64,000 bases of DNA, from the NCBI GenBank assembly GCA_020854825.1, contig JAHKLY010000002.1, positions 1-64,000 of the forward strand, given 5' to 3'. Positions 8,885 through 18,426 of this stretch are shown one piece after another. The translations under genes were made by a program, and so were the position numbers. The notes below the pieces were generated by a model. It searched no databases and was not told the DNA's origin. It worked only from the letters and a program-made list of their open reading frames with translations. Source of the stretch: Candidatus Micrarchaeota archaeon. GTDB taxonomy: Archaea > Micrarchaeota > Micrarchaeia > Anstonellales > JAHKLY01. Numbering within the stretch: position 1 is the first letter of the stretch; each line of letters starts with the position of its first letter.

Positions 8885-9952
8885 ATGGAAAGTTTAGTAA
8901 AGAGCGTTATGAATGAGCAAGGGCCAGCTCAAAATGAAGTATCTGATATGGGCTCAGACAAAATTAAAATTGTAACAATAGGTGTAGGTGGTGGTGGAAA
9001 TAACACCATTAACAGATTAATAAAATCTGGAGTAAAAGGAACAGAATTAGTAGCTGTAAATACAGATAAACAACATCTTAGTATGTTGCATGAAAGAGCA
9101 AAAAAAGTTCTTATTGGAAGAAGTATAACAAAAGGTTTAGGTGCTGGTGGTTATCCAGAAACTGGTACAAAAGCAGCAGAAGTAGATAGAGGCTCAATTG
9201 AAAAAGAATTAGAAGGAGCACACTTAGTATTTATATGTGCAGGTATGGGGGGCGGAACTGGTACAGGAGCATCCCCAGTAATTGCAAATGTAGCAAAAGA
9301 ACAAGGTGCAATTACGATTGCAATGGTTACATATCCTTTTAATTTAGAAAGAGCAAGAAGAATAAAAGCAGATGCAGGAATTGGAGAATTGAAAAAGGTA
9401 TGTGATTCAGTTATTTTATTAGATAATAATAGATTAGTTAAATTATTCCCTAATTTGCCAATGAATGAAGCATTTGCAGTTGCAGATGAAATTCTATCAA
9501 GAGCAATTGGAGGATTAGTATGGACAATTACACAACCTTCTTTAATTAATATTGATTTTGCAGATGTAAGATCAATTATGGAAGGTGGCGGTGTAGGATT
9601 TATCGCAGTTGGTGAAGGTAAAGGAAATGATAAAGTTAGAAGTGCAGCAGAAAGTGTACTTAAGAATAAATTATTAGATGTAGATTATGAAGGAGCAAAA
9701 GGAGCATTAATTCATATTTCTGGTGGAGCAGATTTAACTTTAGGTGATGCAATTAAAGCAGGAGAGATTATAACAGAGAGAATGGATCCAGAAGCCAATG
9801 TAAAATGGGGCGCAAGATTAATTCCAAATTATGAAGGCAAATTAGAAATTGTTGCTATTGTAACTGGAGTAAGAGGCGCAAGTATATTTGGCGGAGAAGT
9901 AGAAGAAGATAAAAGAGATCTATTTTACCCAGATATAGAGGTCATTGGTTAG
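8885..9952 (+). CDS. ftsZ: Cell division GTPase FtsZ (copy A)
   Basis: GVGGGGNN, GMGGGTGTG, PSLINIDFADV. Confidence 0.97.
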   Translation: MESLVKSVMNEQGPAQNEVSDMGSDKIKIVTIGVGGGGNNTINRLIKSGVKGTELVAVNTDKQHLSMLHERAKKVLIGRSITKGLGAGGYPETGTKAAEVDRGSIEKELEGAHLVFICAGMGGGTGTGASPVIANVAKEQGAITIAMVTYPFNLERARRIKADAGIGELKKVCDSVILLDNNRLVKLFPNLPMNEAFAVADEILSRAIGGLVWTITQPSLINIDFADVRSIMEGGGVGFIAVGEGKGNDKVRSAAESVLKNKLLDVDYEGAKGALIHISGGADLTLGDAIKAGEIITERMDPEANVKWGARLIPNYEGKLEIVAIVTGVRGASIFGGEVEEDKRDLFYPDIEVIG

Positions 9953-9963
9953 GTGATGAACTA

Positions 9964-11055
9964 ATGTTTGATGAAATTTTAAAACAAGCAAAAAATGAGG
10001 TTTATGAAAATTGCAATTCTGAAACCGATAATTTAATGAGTAATGATAAAGTTAGAATATCTGTCATTGGATTAGGGGGAGGAGGATGCAATACAATAAA
10101 CAGAATGGTTAGCATGGGTTTAAAAAGCGCAAAAACAGTAGCAGTAAATACTGATAGGCTACATTTAGATATCATAAATGCAGACAAAAAAGTGTTGATT
10201 GGAAAATCAGTAACTAGGGGTTTAGGTGCAGGTGGATTTCCAGAAGTTGGGGCCAAATGTGCTGAACTTTCTAAAAGTGAACTTCTTGAAGCTATGGGCG
10301 AAAACGAATTAGTTTTTGTATGTGCAGGTATGGGAGGCGGAACTGGAACTGGTTCTGCCCCAATAGTTGCAAAAATGGCTAAAGAAATGGGAGCAGTAGT
10401 TGTAGGTATAGTAACTTCACCATTTAAATTAGAAAGAGCAAGACTCAAAAAAGCAGAATGGGGAGTTAAAGAGTTATCTAAATATACAGACACTTTGATT
10501 ATTATTGATAATAATCGATTGGTAAGCTATGCACCAAATCTACCAGTAAATAAAGCATTTATGTTAGCAGATGAAATAACAACAAAAGCAGTTAAGGGTA
10601 TTTGTGATACAATAATGTTTCCTTCATTAATGAATATTGATTATGCAGATGTAAGGAGTGTAATGGAAGAAGGAGGAGTTTCTTTAATCTCTATTGGAGA
10701 AGCATCTGGTCCTGATAAGGTTGAAAGAGTAGTTAAAGATACTTTAAATCATCCATTATTAGATGTTTCATATGAAGGAGCAAAAGGAGCACTAGTTCAT
10801 ATAACTGGAAGCAGCGCATTGACTTTAGGTGATAGTATAAAAATAGGAGAAAGACTAACAGAAGTTTTTGATCCAAATGCACAAATAAAAGTAGGCGCAA
10901 GATTAGATGAAAATGCAGGCGCAAATGTAGAAGTCATTATGATTGCTACTGGTTTGAAGATTCAAAACATTTTCAATAATGAAAGTGCAGATGAACAAAG
11001 TGTTGCTGAATCAAAAGAAATGCTCTTAGAACAATTAGGTATGAATTATATCTAA
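9964..11055 (+). CDS. ftsZ: Cell division GTPase FtsZ (copy B)
   Basis: GLGGGGCN, GMGGGTGTG, PSLMNIDYADV. Confidence 0.97.
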   Translation: MFDEILKQAKNEVYENCNSETDNLMSNDKVRISVIGLGGGGCNTINRMVSMGLKSAKTVAVNTDRLHLDIINADKKVLIGKSVTRGLGAGGFPEVGAKCAELSKSELLEAMGENELVFVCAGMGGGTGTGSAPIVAKMAKEMGAVVVGIVTSPFKLERARLKKAEWGVKELSKYTDTLIIIDNNRLVSYAPNLPVNKAFMLADEITTKAVKGICDTIMFPSLMNIDYADVRSVMEEGGVSLISIGEASGPDKVERVVKDTLNHPLLDVSYEGAKGALVHITGSSALTLGDSIKIGERLTEVFDPNAQIKVGARLDENAGANVEVIMIATGLKIQNIFNNESADEQSVAESKEMLLEQLGMNYI

Positions 11056-11113
11056 ATAACGTCGGCTTTCCACAGCCTCTTTTTTTTATTTTTTTTACTT
11101 ATATTTTTATTTT

Positions 11114-11725
11114 TTAATCTATTAAATCCATTTCTGAGAAGATAATTTTTCCTTTTTGGAGATATTTGGGATTTATCTTTTTTAGGTTTTTAGGCCTTAA
11201 TTTTAAAATTTTTTTAAAAATCTGTTTGGGTAACTCTAAAATTAATAGTTTTTCAGCATAATCATAAAATTCCTGTAGATTATATTCATACTTTTCTTCG
11301 TATTCAAGTGCTTGCAAGCACATTTCTAATCTATCAACGTCTTTAACTAAAACAGCTTCTTTTGAAGTTGTTTTTTCAGATTCCATCCATAAGTCGTAGT
11401 ATTTTTGTCCTCCCATTTCAATCATCATTTGTTTTAATATTTTACTTTGGTCTTCTATTATTTTATTTTCATTTTTTCTTTCTTCTGGAGTTAGATCTCC
11501 TTTTTCAATTTCTCCAAACTCATGTAAAATAGCTAATTTAGCGCATTTATCCACATCTAAATTTAATTCTTCAGCTAAAACCATTGATAAAAATGCAACT
11601 CTAAAAGAATGATCTGCATTACTTTCAGGATATTTTATTGGATATTTTAACCAGCCTTTTCTTACAATATTTTTTAATTGTCCTGAAAATCTTCCTAAAT
11701 TGATTATCCTCTCTATTTTATTCAT
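11114..11725 (-). CDS. HD-domain hydrolase (YfbR/HDDC2-like 5'-deoxynucleotidase)
   Basis: RKGW..PESNADHSFR, AILHEFGE..GD.TP, EA.LVKDVDRLEM.LQA.EYE. Confidence 0.88.
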   Translation of the reverse strand: MNKIERIINLGRFSGQLKNIVRKGWLKYPIKYPESNADHSFRVAFLSMVLAEELNLDVDKCAKLAILHEFGEIEKGDLTPEERKNENKIIEDQSKILKQMMIEMGGQKYYDLWMESEKTTSKEAVLVKDVDRLEMCLQALEYEEKYEYNLQEFYDYAEKLLILELPKQIFKKILKLRPKNLKKINPKYLQKGKIIFSEMDLID

Positions 11726-11775
11726 ATTTTGATATTAAAAGCAAATTATATAAACTTGCTTTTTTAAATTAGTTT

Positions 11776-12114
11776 ATGGTTTTAATAAACGTCACTAAAG
11801 ATAATTTTAAATCTGAAGTAGAAGACTCAGAATTACCAGTATTAGTAGATATTTTTTCACCTACTTGTGGCCCATGCAGAGCGCTTTTACCTGTGTTAAA
11901 TGAATTATCAAATGAATTTGATGGAAAAATAAAATTTGTTAAAATTAATTCAGCTGTTTCGCAAGAGTTAGCGCAAATGTTTGAAGTTCGTGCAGTTCCT
12001 ACTTTGATTTTTATAAATAATGGACAGATAATAGATCAAGCAATTGGGTATATTAAAAAAGAACGATTAAGAGAAAATATAAATAAACTTCTAGAGTTTT
12101 TACAAAAGCTTTAA
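11776..12114 (+). CDS. trxA: Thioredoxin
   Basis: PVLVDIFSPTCGPCR and VRAVPTL. Confidence 0.92.
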   Translation: MVLINVTKDNFKSEVEDSELPVLVDIFSPTCGPCRALLPVLNELSNEFDGKIKFVKINSAVSQELAQMFEVRAVPTLIFINNGQIIDQAIGYIKKERLRENINKLLEFLQKL

Positions 12115-12161
12115 GGTTTAATTTATAAATCTAATTTTCTTAATAAAATGGGGTGTTTTTA

Positions 12162-13616
12162 ATGGATTTTGTTAAGACTGCATTAAATTATAAAACAGAA
12201 ATGTTAGTTTTGTTTGTAAGTAAAGATTATACTAAAAATGAATTATTCAAATCAATAGACAAAGAGTATAAGGGAAGATTATCCAAAGAATGCAATGAAG
12301 ATAAATTTCATGGTAAATATTTACAGAAATTTTGTTTTAGATTAGAAAGAAATGCAAAAAGATTATGTTTATTAGGTTATGAAGATAAAAAATTAGATAA
12401 AAAAACATTAAATGCATTAGCAGGAAAAGCAGCACAAACAGCTAAGAAATCCAAATTTAAAGAATGCGCATTTATTTATCCATTAGAAACTTCTTTAGAA
12501 CCTTATGAAGTAGGGTATGAATTGATTTATGCATCTAATTTTTCAGTTTATGATTATTCTTTTAAGTCTAAAGATAGTAATTATGAATTTGAAGGTATAT
12601 CTATTTTAAGTCCTGAAGAATTCAAAAAAGAAATGGAAAAAGGAATGGATGATGCAGATATTGTATCTTATTATAATTCATATGCAAGAGATTTAGTTAA
12701 TTTGGCCCCCTCTGAAAAAAACCCTGAAAAACTTTCAAAAGAGATTTTAAAAGAAGCCAAGAAATTAAAATTAAAAACAACAGTTTTAACTTTAAAAGAT
12801 TTTAGAAAAAAAGGAATGAATGCAATTGAAGCTGTTGGACGAGGGAGTAAATATGAACCAAAAATGATTATTTTAGAATATACGGGAAGTATAGATAAAC
12901 CAATTTGTTTTGTAGGTAAAGGAATAACTTTTGATTCTGGAGGATTGAATATTAAACCTTCTGCAAGTATGGAAGAAATGAAAGCAGATATGTCAGGAGC
13001 TGCAACTGTTGTGGGCACTTTATTTGCAGCAAAAGAATTGAAATTAAAAAAACATATTATAGGGATAATTGGATTAGCCGAAAACATGCTTTCTGGAGAT
13101 TCATATAAACAAGGAGATATCTTGAAAGCATATAATGGAAAAACAATTGAAGTTTTAAATACAGATGCAGAGGGAAGATTAGTATTAGCTGATTGTTTAT
13201 CTTATGCTGAAAAACATTATTCTCCAAAATATATTATTGATTATGCAACTTTAACTGGGGCAGTAGTTGTTGCATTGGGTAGTGAGAATGCAGGTTTATT
13301 TTCAAATGATATTGATTTAACTTCTAGATTAATTTGTGCAAGTGAAGATTCATTAGAAAAAATATGGCAAATGCCTTTAGATGAAGAATATGAAGATTTA
13401 ATTAAAAGTGATATTGCAGATGTAAGAAATGTTGGTAAAAAAAGAGAAGCAGGTTCAATAACAGCTGCCTTATTTTTAAAGAATTTTGTTGAAAAATCAA
13501 AATGGGCGCATATTGATATAGCAGGTACAGCTTTTCATAAAAAAGAAAAACCATACTCATATAAAGGCGCAACAGGTTTTGGCGTGCGCCTAAATATTGA
13601 GTTTCTTAAAAATTAG
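12162..13616 (+). CDS. pepA: Leucyl aminopeptidase (M17)
   Basis: VGKGITFDSGG, MKADMSGA, NTDAEGRL, ATLTGA, WAHIDIAG. Confidence 0.96.
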   Translation: MDFVKTALNYKTEMLVLFVSKDYTKNELFKSIDKEYKGRLSKECNEDKFHGKYLQKFCFRLERNAKRLCLLGYEDKKLDKKTLNALAGKAAQTAKKSKFKECAFIYPLETSLEPYEVGYELIYASNFSVYDYSFKSKDSNYEFEGISILSPEEFKKEMEKGMDDADIVSYYNSYARDLVNLAPSEKNPEKLSKEILKEAKKLKLKTTVLTLKDFRKKGMNAIEAVGRGSKYEPKMIILEYTGSIDKPICFVGKGITFDSGGLNIKPSASMEEMKADMSGAATVVGTLFAAKELKLKKHIIGIIGLAENMLSGDSYKQGDILKAYNGKTIEVLNTDAEGRLVLADCLSYAEKHYSPKYIIDYATLTGAVVVALGSENAGLFSNDIDLTSRLICASEDSLEKIWQMPLDEEYEDLIKSDIADVRNVGKKREAGSITAALFLKNFVEKSKWAHIDIAGTAFHKKEKPYSYKGATGFGVRLNIEFLKN

Positions 13617-14115
13617 TTTTAGAGATTACTAATAAATATGTTTTTGACTCTCCTTTTACAGATACTTTTATCTCAAATTTAGCTTGTGGATTATTTTCCG
13701 CAACTCTGTCTATTATTTCTAACATTTCTTCTTTTGTTATTGTGTACCTATAATCTCTCATTCTTACTGTTCCTTTTACTGTTCCAAGTTCTAAATAAGG
13801 ATAAATTCTTTCTCCTTTTTCAGTATACATAAAACCGCCTAGAGGGAGTTGTGTTCCACTAATGTTTGGAGTGCTATAGATTATATCAATTTCTCTCATA
13901 ATTTGTTCTTCCATAATAGATTTAATCTTTTCAAGTTTTTCAATTTTTTTTGTTTCTTTATGTTCTTTAGAACAGCTAGTTGTACTAGCAGTTAATGCAA
14001 TTCCTCCTAAAAATAAACCTGTCCAAACAGCAATTCTTCTTGCTCTTGAAGCTTTTGGTTTTTTTGATCCTCTATAGTTTGTTGAACTATTTTTGTTTAA
14101 TGTTTCAAAATTCAT
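13606..14115 (-). CDS. Hypothetical exported/lipoprotein-like protein
   Basis: Basic N-terminus, hydrophobic stretch ending TTSCS; GGAGGT SD. Confidence 0.6.
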   Translation of the reverse strand: MNFETLNKNSSTNYRGSKKPKASRARRIAVWTGLFLGGIALTASTTSCSKEHKETKKIEKLEKIKSIMEEQIMREIDIIYSTPNISGTQLPLGGFMYTEKGERIYPYLELGTVKGTVRMRDYRYTITKEEMLEIIDRVAENNPQAKFEIKVSVKGESKTYLLVISKTNF

Positions 14116-14199
14116 ATTAATTACCTCCCAATTATTATTAATTTGTTATTAATTATGTATATTTTTGTCTTTTTAAATTTTTTTATTTTAAATTTTAAT

Positions 14200-14442
14200 T
14201 TATTTTTTTAAACTATCTAGTACCATACCCAACATTTTTCTTTCTTCATCTAAATCTTGTTTTGCTTCTTCTAAAGAATTATAAGTAGATTGTTCTTTTT
14301 CTTCAAAAACATAAGTTTCACTTACTTTTCTTTTTTCTACTTTTGCACTGCATGAAGAAACTAAAGGCATAATTACTGCAAATGTTATGAAAACTGCTGT
14401 TCTTATTTTATTTGAAAGTTTAATTTGTTTTTTGTTTAACAC
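14200..14442 (-). CDS. Hypothetical small lipoprotein-like protein
   Basis: Basic N-terminus, hydrophobic stretch ending VSSCS; GGTGA SD. Confidence 0.5.
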   Translation of the reverse strand: MLNKKQIKLSNKIRTAVFITFAVIMPLVSSCSAKVEKRKVSETYVFEEKEQSTYNSLEEAKQDLDEERKMLGMVLDSLKK

Positions 14443-14633
14443 ATTATCACCAGATATAATATTTGTGTTTTCTTTTGTTTTTAAATGTTTTGTATACTTT
14501 CAAAAACCTTTTAAATAGATTTCAGTTAATTTTAGATAAATTAAACTTTCTTATTTAGTAATCTATCATTTTTGATAAGTTTCTCAATACAAAAGTTTAA
14601 AAGTTTCTTAATTCATTTAATAGATGTGAGATT

Positions 14634-15737
14634 ATGAATTTTAAAGGAAAAAATATAGTAGTAGCTTTAAGTGGAGGTGTAGACAGTTCTGTTGCGGCTT
14701 TATTATTAAAACAAAAAGGGGCTAATGTAAAAGGAGTAATAATGGATTTATCTCCTTATTTAGATTCTAAGAAGGATATTGAAGATGCACAGAAGATAGC
14801 TGACCAATTAAACATTACTTTAACAATTGTTAATTTATCAAAAGATTTTAGAAAAAAAGTTATTCAATACTTTTTAGATGAATCATGGAAAGGAAGAACA
14901 CCAAATCCATGTGTTCCATGTAATATGTTTCTTAAATTTGGTTTATTATATGATTATGCAATTAAAAAAATGAAAGCAGATTATTATGCAACAGGACATT
15001 ATGCAGTAAAAAAATGGGATAGAAAAACAAAGCGCTGGCTTGTATACAGACCTAAAGATATTAAAAAAGATCAATCCTCTATTTTATCTATGTTAACTCA
15101 AAAACAATTAACTAAATCTATCTTTCCATTGGGAAAAATAAAAAAAGAAGAGATATATAAAATAGCTGAAAAATATAATTTACATTCTAAAAATAGGGAA
15201 GAAAGTCAGGATTTATGTTTTTTAAATAGTGCAAAAATGAGTAAAGGAGAATTTATTGAGAAAGTTTCAAAGAAAAAATCAAAAAAAGGCAAAATTTTGA
15301 ATACAAAAGGAGAAAAAATAGGCGAACATAAAGGGTATATCTATTATCCTTTAGGTCAAAGAAAAGGTTTAGGTTTATCAGCACCTAAATCCGTATATGT
15401 TAAAAAAATTGATACAAAAAATAATATTTTAACAGTAGGAACGCGCGATGAATTAAAAACAAATGAGTTTTATGTAAGCGCAGTTAATTGGGTTGCTTTT
15501 AAAGATCTAAAAAAACCAATAAGCGCTGAAGTAATTGTTAGGAATAAACAAACACCACACAAAGCGCGTATTTACCCAATTACTACTCAGCAAAAACGCA
15601 AAATAAACGAGAAAATTGCAAAAAAAGAAAATCGTGTAAAAGTTGTGTCTGATGAACCAATTTTTGCTGTTTCACCAGGGCAATTAGCAGTATTTTTCAA
15701 AAAAGATTTAATCTTAGGCGGAGGTTGGATAAAATGA
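14634..15737 (+). CDS. mnmA: tRNA 2-thiouridylase MnmA (bacterial type)
   Basis: ALSGGVDSSV PP-loop, GRTPNPCVPCN..KFG, ATGHYA, KDQS, ESQDLCF, GQRKGLG, PGQLAVF..LGGG.I. Confidence 0.95.
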   Translation: MNFKGKNIVVALSGGVDSSVAALLLKQKGANVKGVIMDLSPYLDSKKDIEDAQKIADQLNITLTIVNLSKDFRKKVIQYFLDESWKGRTPNPCVPCNMFLKFGLLYDYAIKKMKADYYATGHYAVKKWDRKTKRWLVYRPKDIKKDQSSILSMLTQKQLTKSIFPLGKIKKEEIYKIAEKYNLHSKNREESQDLCFLNSAKMSKGEFIEKVSKKKSKKGKILNTKGEKIGEHKGYIYYPLGQRKGLGLSAPKSVYVKKIDTKNNILTVGTRDELKTNEFYVSAVNWVAFKDLKKPISAEVIVRNKQTPHKARIYPITTQQKRKINEKIAKKENRVKVVSDEPIFAVSPGQLAVFFKKDLILGGGWIK

Positions 15738-16222
15738 AAAAGCAATTTCTAAGAGGAAGTGAGATTAAGAAAATAGCGCAAAATATGCAGGATAAATACT
15801 CTGTTGAATTATTAGGTAAAAAAGACAAAGTAGAAGTAGTTGAAACAGAGGATAGTTGTGTTTTATTAAAAAATGACTCATCTTTGCTTTTTAAACATAA
15901 AATTATAGACGGAGAAACAAAAGAAGAATGGTTTCCAACTTTAAAAACTGTTTTCTCAGCTGAGATTAAACTAAATAAAATAACAGTTGATACAGGTGCG
16001 ATTAAATTTGTTTTAAATGGAGCAGATATAATGCGCCCCGGTATTACAAACATAGAGTCAAATATAGAAAAAGGTGAATTAATATTAATTATTGAAGAAG
16101 TGCAAAAAAAGCCATTAGCCTTAGGCATAGCGCTTTATAATTCAGAAGATATGAAAAACCAAACTCAAGGCAAAGTAATACAAAGTATTCATTATTTAAA
16201 TGATAAAATCTGGAATTTTTAA
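15734..16222 (+). CDS. Pre-PUA/PUA-domain RNA-binding protein (MCT-1/Tma20-like)
   Basis: FPTL, VDTGAIKFVLNGADIMRPGI, GKVI..IHYLNDKIW. Confidence 0.9.
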   Translation: MKKQFLRGSEIKKIAQNMQDKYSVELLGKKDKVEVVETEDSCVLLKNDSSLLFKHKIIDGETKEEWFPTLKTVFSAEIKLNKITVDTGAIKFVLNGADIMRPGITNIESNIEKGELILIIEEVQKKPLALGIALYNSEDMKNQTQGKVIQSIHYLNDKIWNF

Positions 16223-16227
16223 AAATT

Positions 16228-16656
16228 CTATTTTCTTAATTTATAAACGATTAAAATAGAGAATATAATCACAATTACCCCAATATATCCATATCCTTGA
16301 GATAATCTTTCTAATGCTAAGTATGTAGAAAATAAAAAGGTCAAAATAAAAGGTATAAAACCTATAACTGTAAATCTATGTACTCTTAACATGTATTTTT
16401 TAATTTCAAAATATGGAAAAGCAATATGATGATATATAATAGGCAATGAAAATATGCCTAATGAAAGCATACTAAAAAATAAAGCACAAATCAACAATAT
16501 ATGTTCAAGGGCAGTCAAATTTTGAGCGTAGAAGGTTGTTGCAAGTAAGAAACCAAAAAGTACTCCAACTATACTTGTTAAAGTTCTTGTCTCGCTTAAA
16601 ACATCTCCCAATTCATGAGCAATATCACATTTTTCTAGTATGTTCTGTTTTTTCAT
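16228..16656 (-). CDS. Small 4-TM membrane protein
   Basis: Four hydrophobic helices; L.ETR...GVLFGFLL motif. Confidence 0.7.
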   Translation of the reverse strand: MKKQNILEKCDIAHELGDVLSETRTLTSIVGVLFGFLLATTFYAQNLTALEHILLICALFFSMLSLGIFSLPIIYHHIAFPYFEIKKYMLRVHRFTVIGFIPFILTFLFSTYLALERLSQGYGYIGVIVIIFSILIVYKLRK

Positions 16657-16707
16657 ATTCTAATCTATGAGCATAATATATAAATTGTTTTGCTTTATAA
16701 TTTAGAT

Positions 16708-17139
16708 ATGCAAAAACATACAAAAGGTCAAGTTAGTGTTGAATTAATGGTAATCATCGGAGTAGTACTAATTTTAATAATTCCATCTATCTTGTTTGTA
16801 TTTAATTATATAAAAAGTGATGGGGATGAAGATTTTGGAGTTTCACAAGGTTATTTAATGGCCTCAAGAATAGAGCATTCAATTAATATGGTTGGCTCAA
16901 CAGGAACTGGATCTGCATTGAAAACAGAAATACAGATGCCTTATAATTTTAGAGAGTTAATTACAGAGGAAGATGAGCTTGTTGTGAGATTACACATTCT
17001 CCCAGGACAATTAGATGTTGTAAGAGTAACTGATTATAAGATTATATCAACGAATCTAAATATAGTTAAACCAACAGGTAGTTATATTTTGGAAATTAGT
17101 GCAATAAATGAAACTCATGTAAATGTTTCATTATCTTAA
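16708..17139 (+). CDS. Class III signal peptide (pilin-like) protein
   Basis: KGQVSVELMVIIGVVLIL prepilin-type cleavage motif. Confidence 0.85.
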   Translation: MQKHTKGQVSVELMVIIGVVLILIIPSILFVFNYIKSDGDEDFGVSQGYLMASRIEHSINMVGSTGTGSALKTEIQMPYNFRELITEEDELVVRLHILPGQLDVVRVTDYKIISTNLNIVKPTGSYILEISAINETHVNVSLS

Positions 17140-17201
17140 ATACAGCGATTTATTTTAGAAATTTTAAAGTTAATAGACAATATAAATAAAAAAGAATGAG
17201 T

Positions 17202-18320
17202 TTATTTATTAAATATAGACTCTGTTATTTTTACTGCATTATCAAAAAGGGTTTTTGATATTTTAACAGAATACTTTTCAATTTTATTTTTTTCATACTC
17301 TGGTGTATCTTCATTTATTTCTCTAACTACTGCTTTTAAACTTCTTATTAATAGATAAGGAATTAAAGTTATTAAAGACCCGCTTAAACAAAGTATTATC
17401 CCTGCTGTTTTAAATATAACAACAGATGTTTGTTTTATTGCACAGTATGCTTTTTTAAATACGTTTTTGATTATTTCTGTTGTTTTTTCTTCAAAGTGCA
17501 TAACTCTTTGTTCCGCTCTTATCTCTTTTTTAATATCTCTAATTTCCTTTTGTCTTTTTTTATATTCTTTTCTTTCCATCTTCTCTTTTTGTTTTTCAGT
17601 ATTTATTCTTGTTTTTTCAAGTAAGTTTTCTATTTTTGCTATCAGTCTTATAGCTTGTTTTCTTTTTCTTCTTGTTAAATAAGAGGCAGTTTTAAACATT
17701 GGATTAAATTCTCTAGATTTATAAGCTTTCATTTCAGTATTAAATGCTTTTCTTCTTTTAATTTCTTTAAAAGCAATTCTACCCAATATGAATAAACTTG
17801 TACCTAATATTACTCCTGCTGTTTTTATAAGAAAATTTTCGTTAAATTTACTTGGTAGTCCAATAAGGGTTTCTATTTTTGGAACATTGGTCCAAAAATA
17901 ATGAACTACATAAATTGGCGCTCCAATTCTAATTAAATTTAAGGGTAATCTTATTAATATTCCTGGTTTTTCTTCATTATAAAAACTTTTTTTAATATTT
18001 TTTAATGCTTTTTCATTTGTTGTGTAAAGCTGTTTTCTTATTTCAAATTCTTCTGGTTCTGGAGATAATTTAATATTAACAATAGGTTTAAATCTTGATT
18101 CTTGTATCATCTGATTTTTTGTGTTACGTTTATATCCTCCACTTCCAGTTAAATGTGGCCTATTAGCAAAATCAAGCGCATCAGCCAATACTTTTTTTGC
18201 ATCATCAGGATCTACAATCACTTTTTTTGATTTTATTGCATTTTTAAGAATTTTAAGTTCTTTAATTCTTTCATTATCAATTCTTTTTAATTGTCTAGTA
18301 GTTAATCCATTAAATCCCAT
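17202..18320 (-). CDS. Hypothetical basic membrane protein
   Basis: 372-aa ORF with hydrophobic segments and a coiled coil; no family recognised. Confidence 0.6.
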   Translation of the reverse strand: MGFNGLTTRQLKRIDNERIKELKILKNAIKSKKVIVDPDDAKKVLADALDFANRPHLTGSGGYKRNTKNQMIQESRFKPIVNIKLSPEPEEFEIRKQLYTTNEKALKNIKKSFYNEEKPGILIRLPLNLIRIGAPIYVVHYFWTNVPKIETLIGLPSKFNENFLIKTAGVILGTSLFILGRIAFKEIKRRKAFNTEMKAYKSREFNPMFKTASYLTRRKRKQAIRLIAKIENLLEKTRINTEKQKEKMERKEYKKRQKEIRDIKKEIRAEQRVMHFEEKTTEIIKNVFKKAYCAIKQTSVVIFKTAGIILCLSGSLITLIPYLLIRSLKAVVREINEDTPEYEKNKIEKYSVKISKTLFDNAVKITESIFNK

Positions 18321-18426
18321 TAAAACACCTGTGTTTTTTTATGTCTTTTTAAGTTTAAAAAGCTTTCTATATCCTTTTTATTTATTCCCTTAATGAAATT
18401 ATACAATAAAATTAGAAGGTGAGTTA

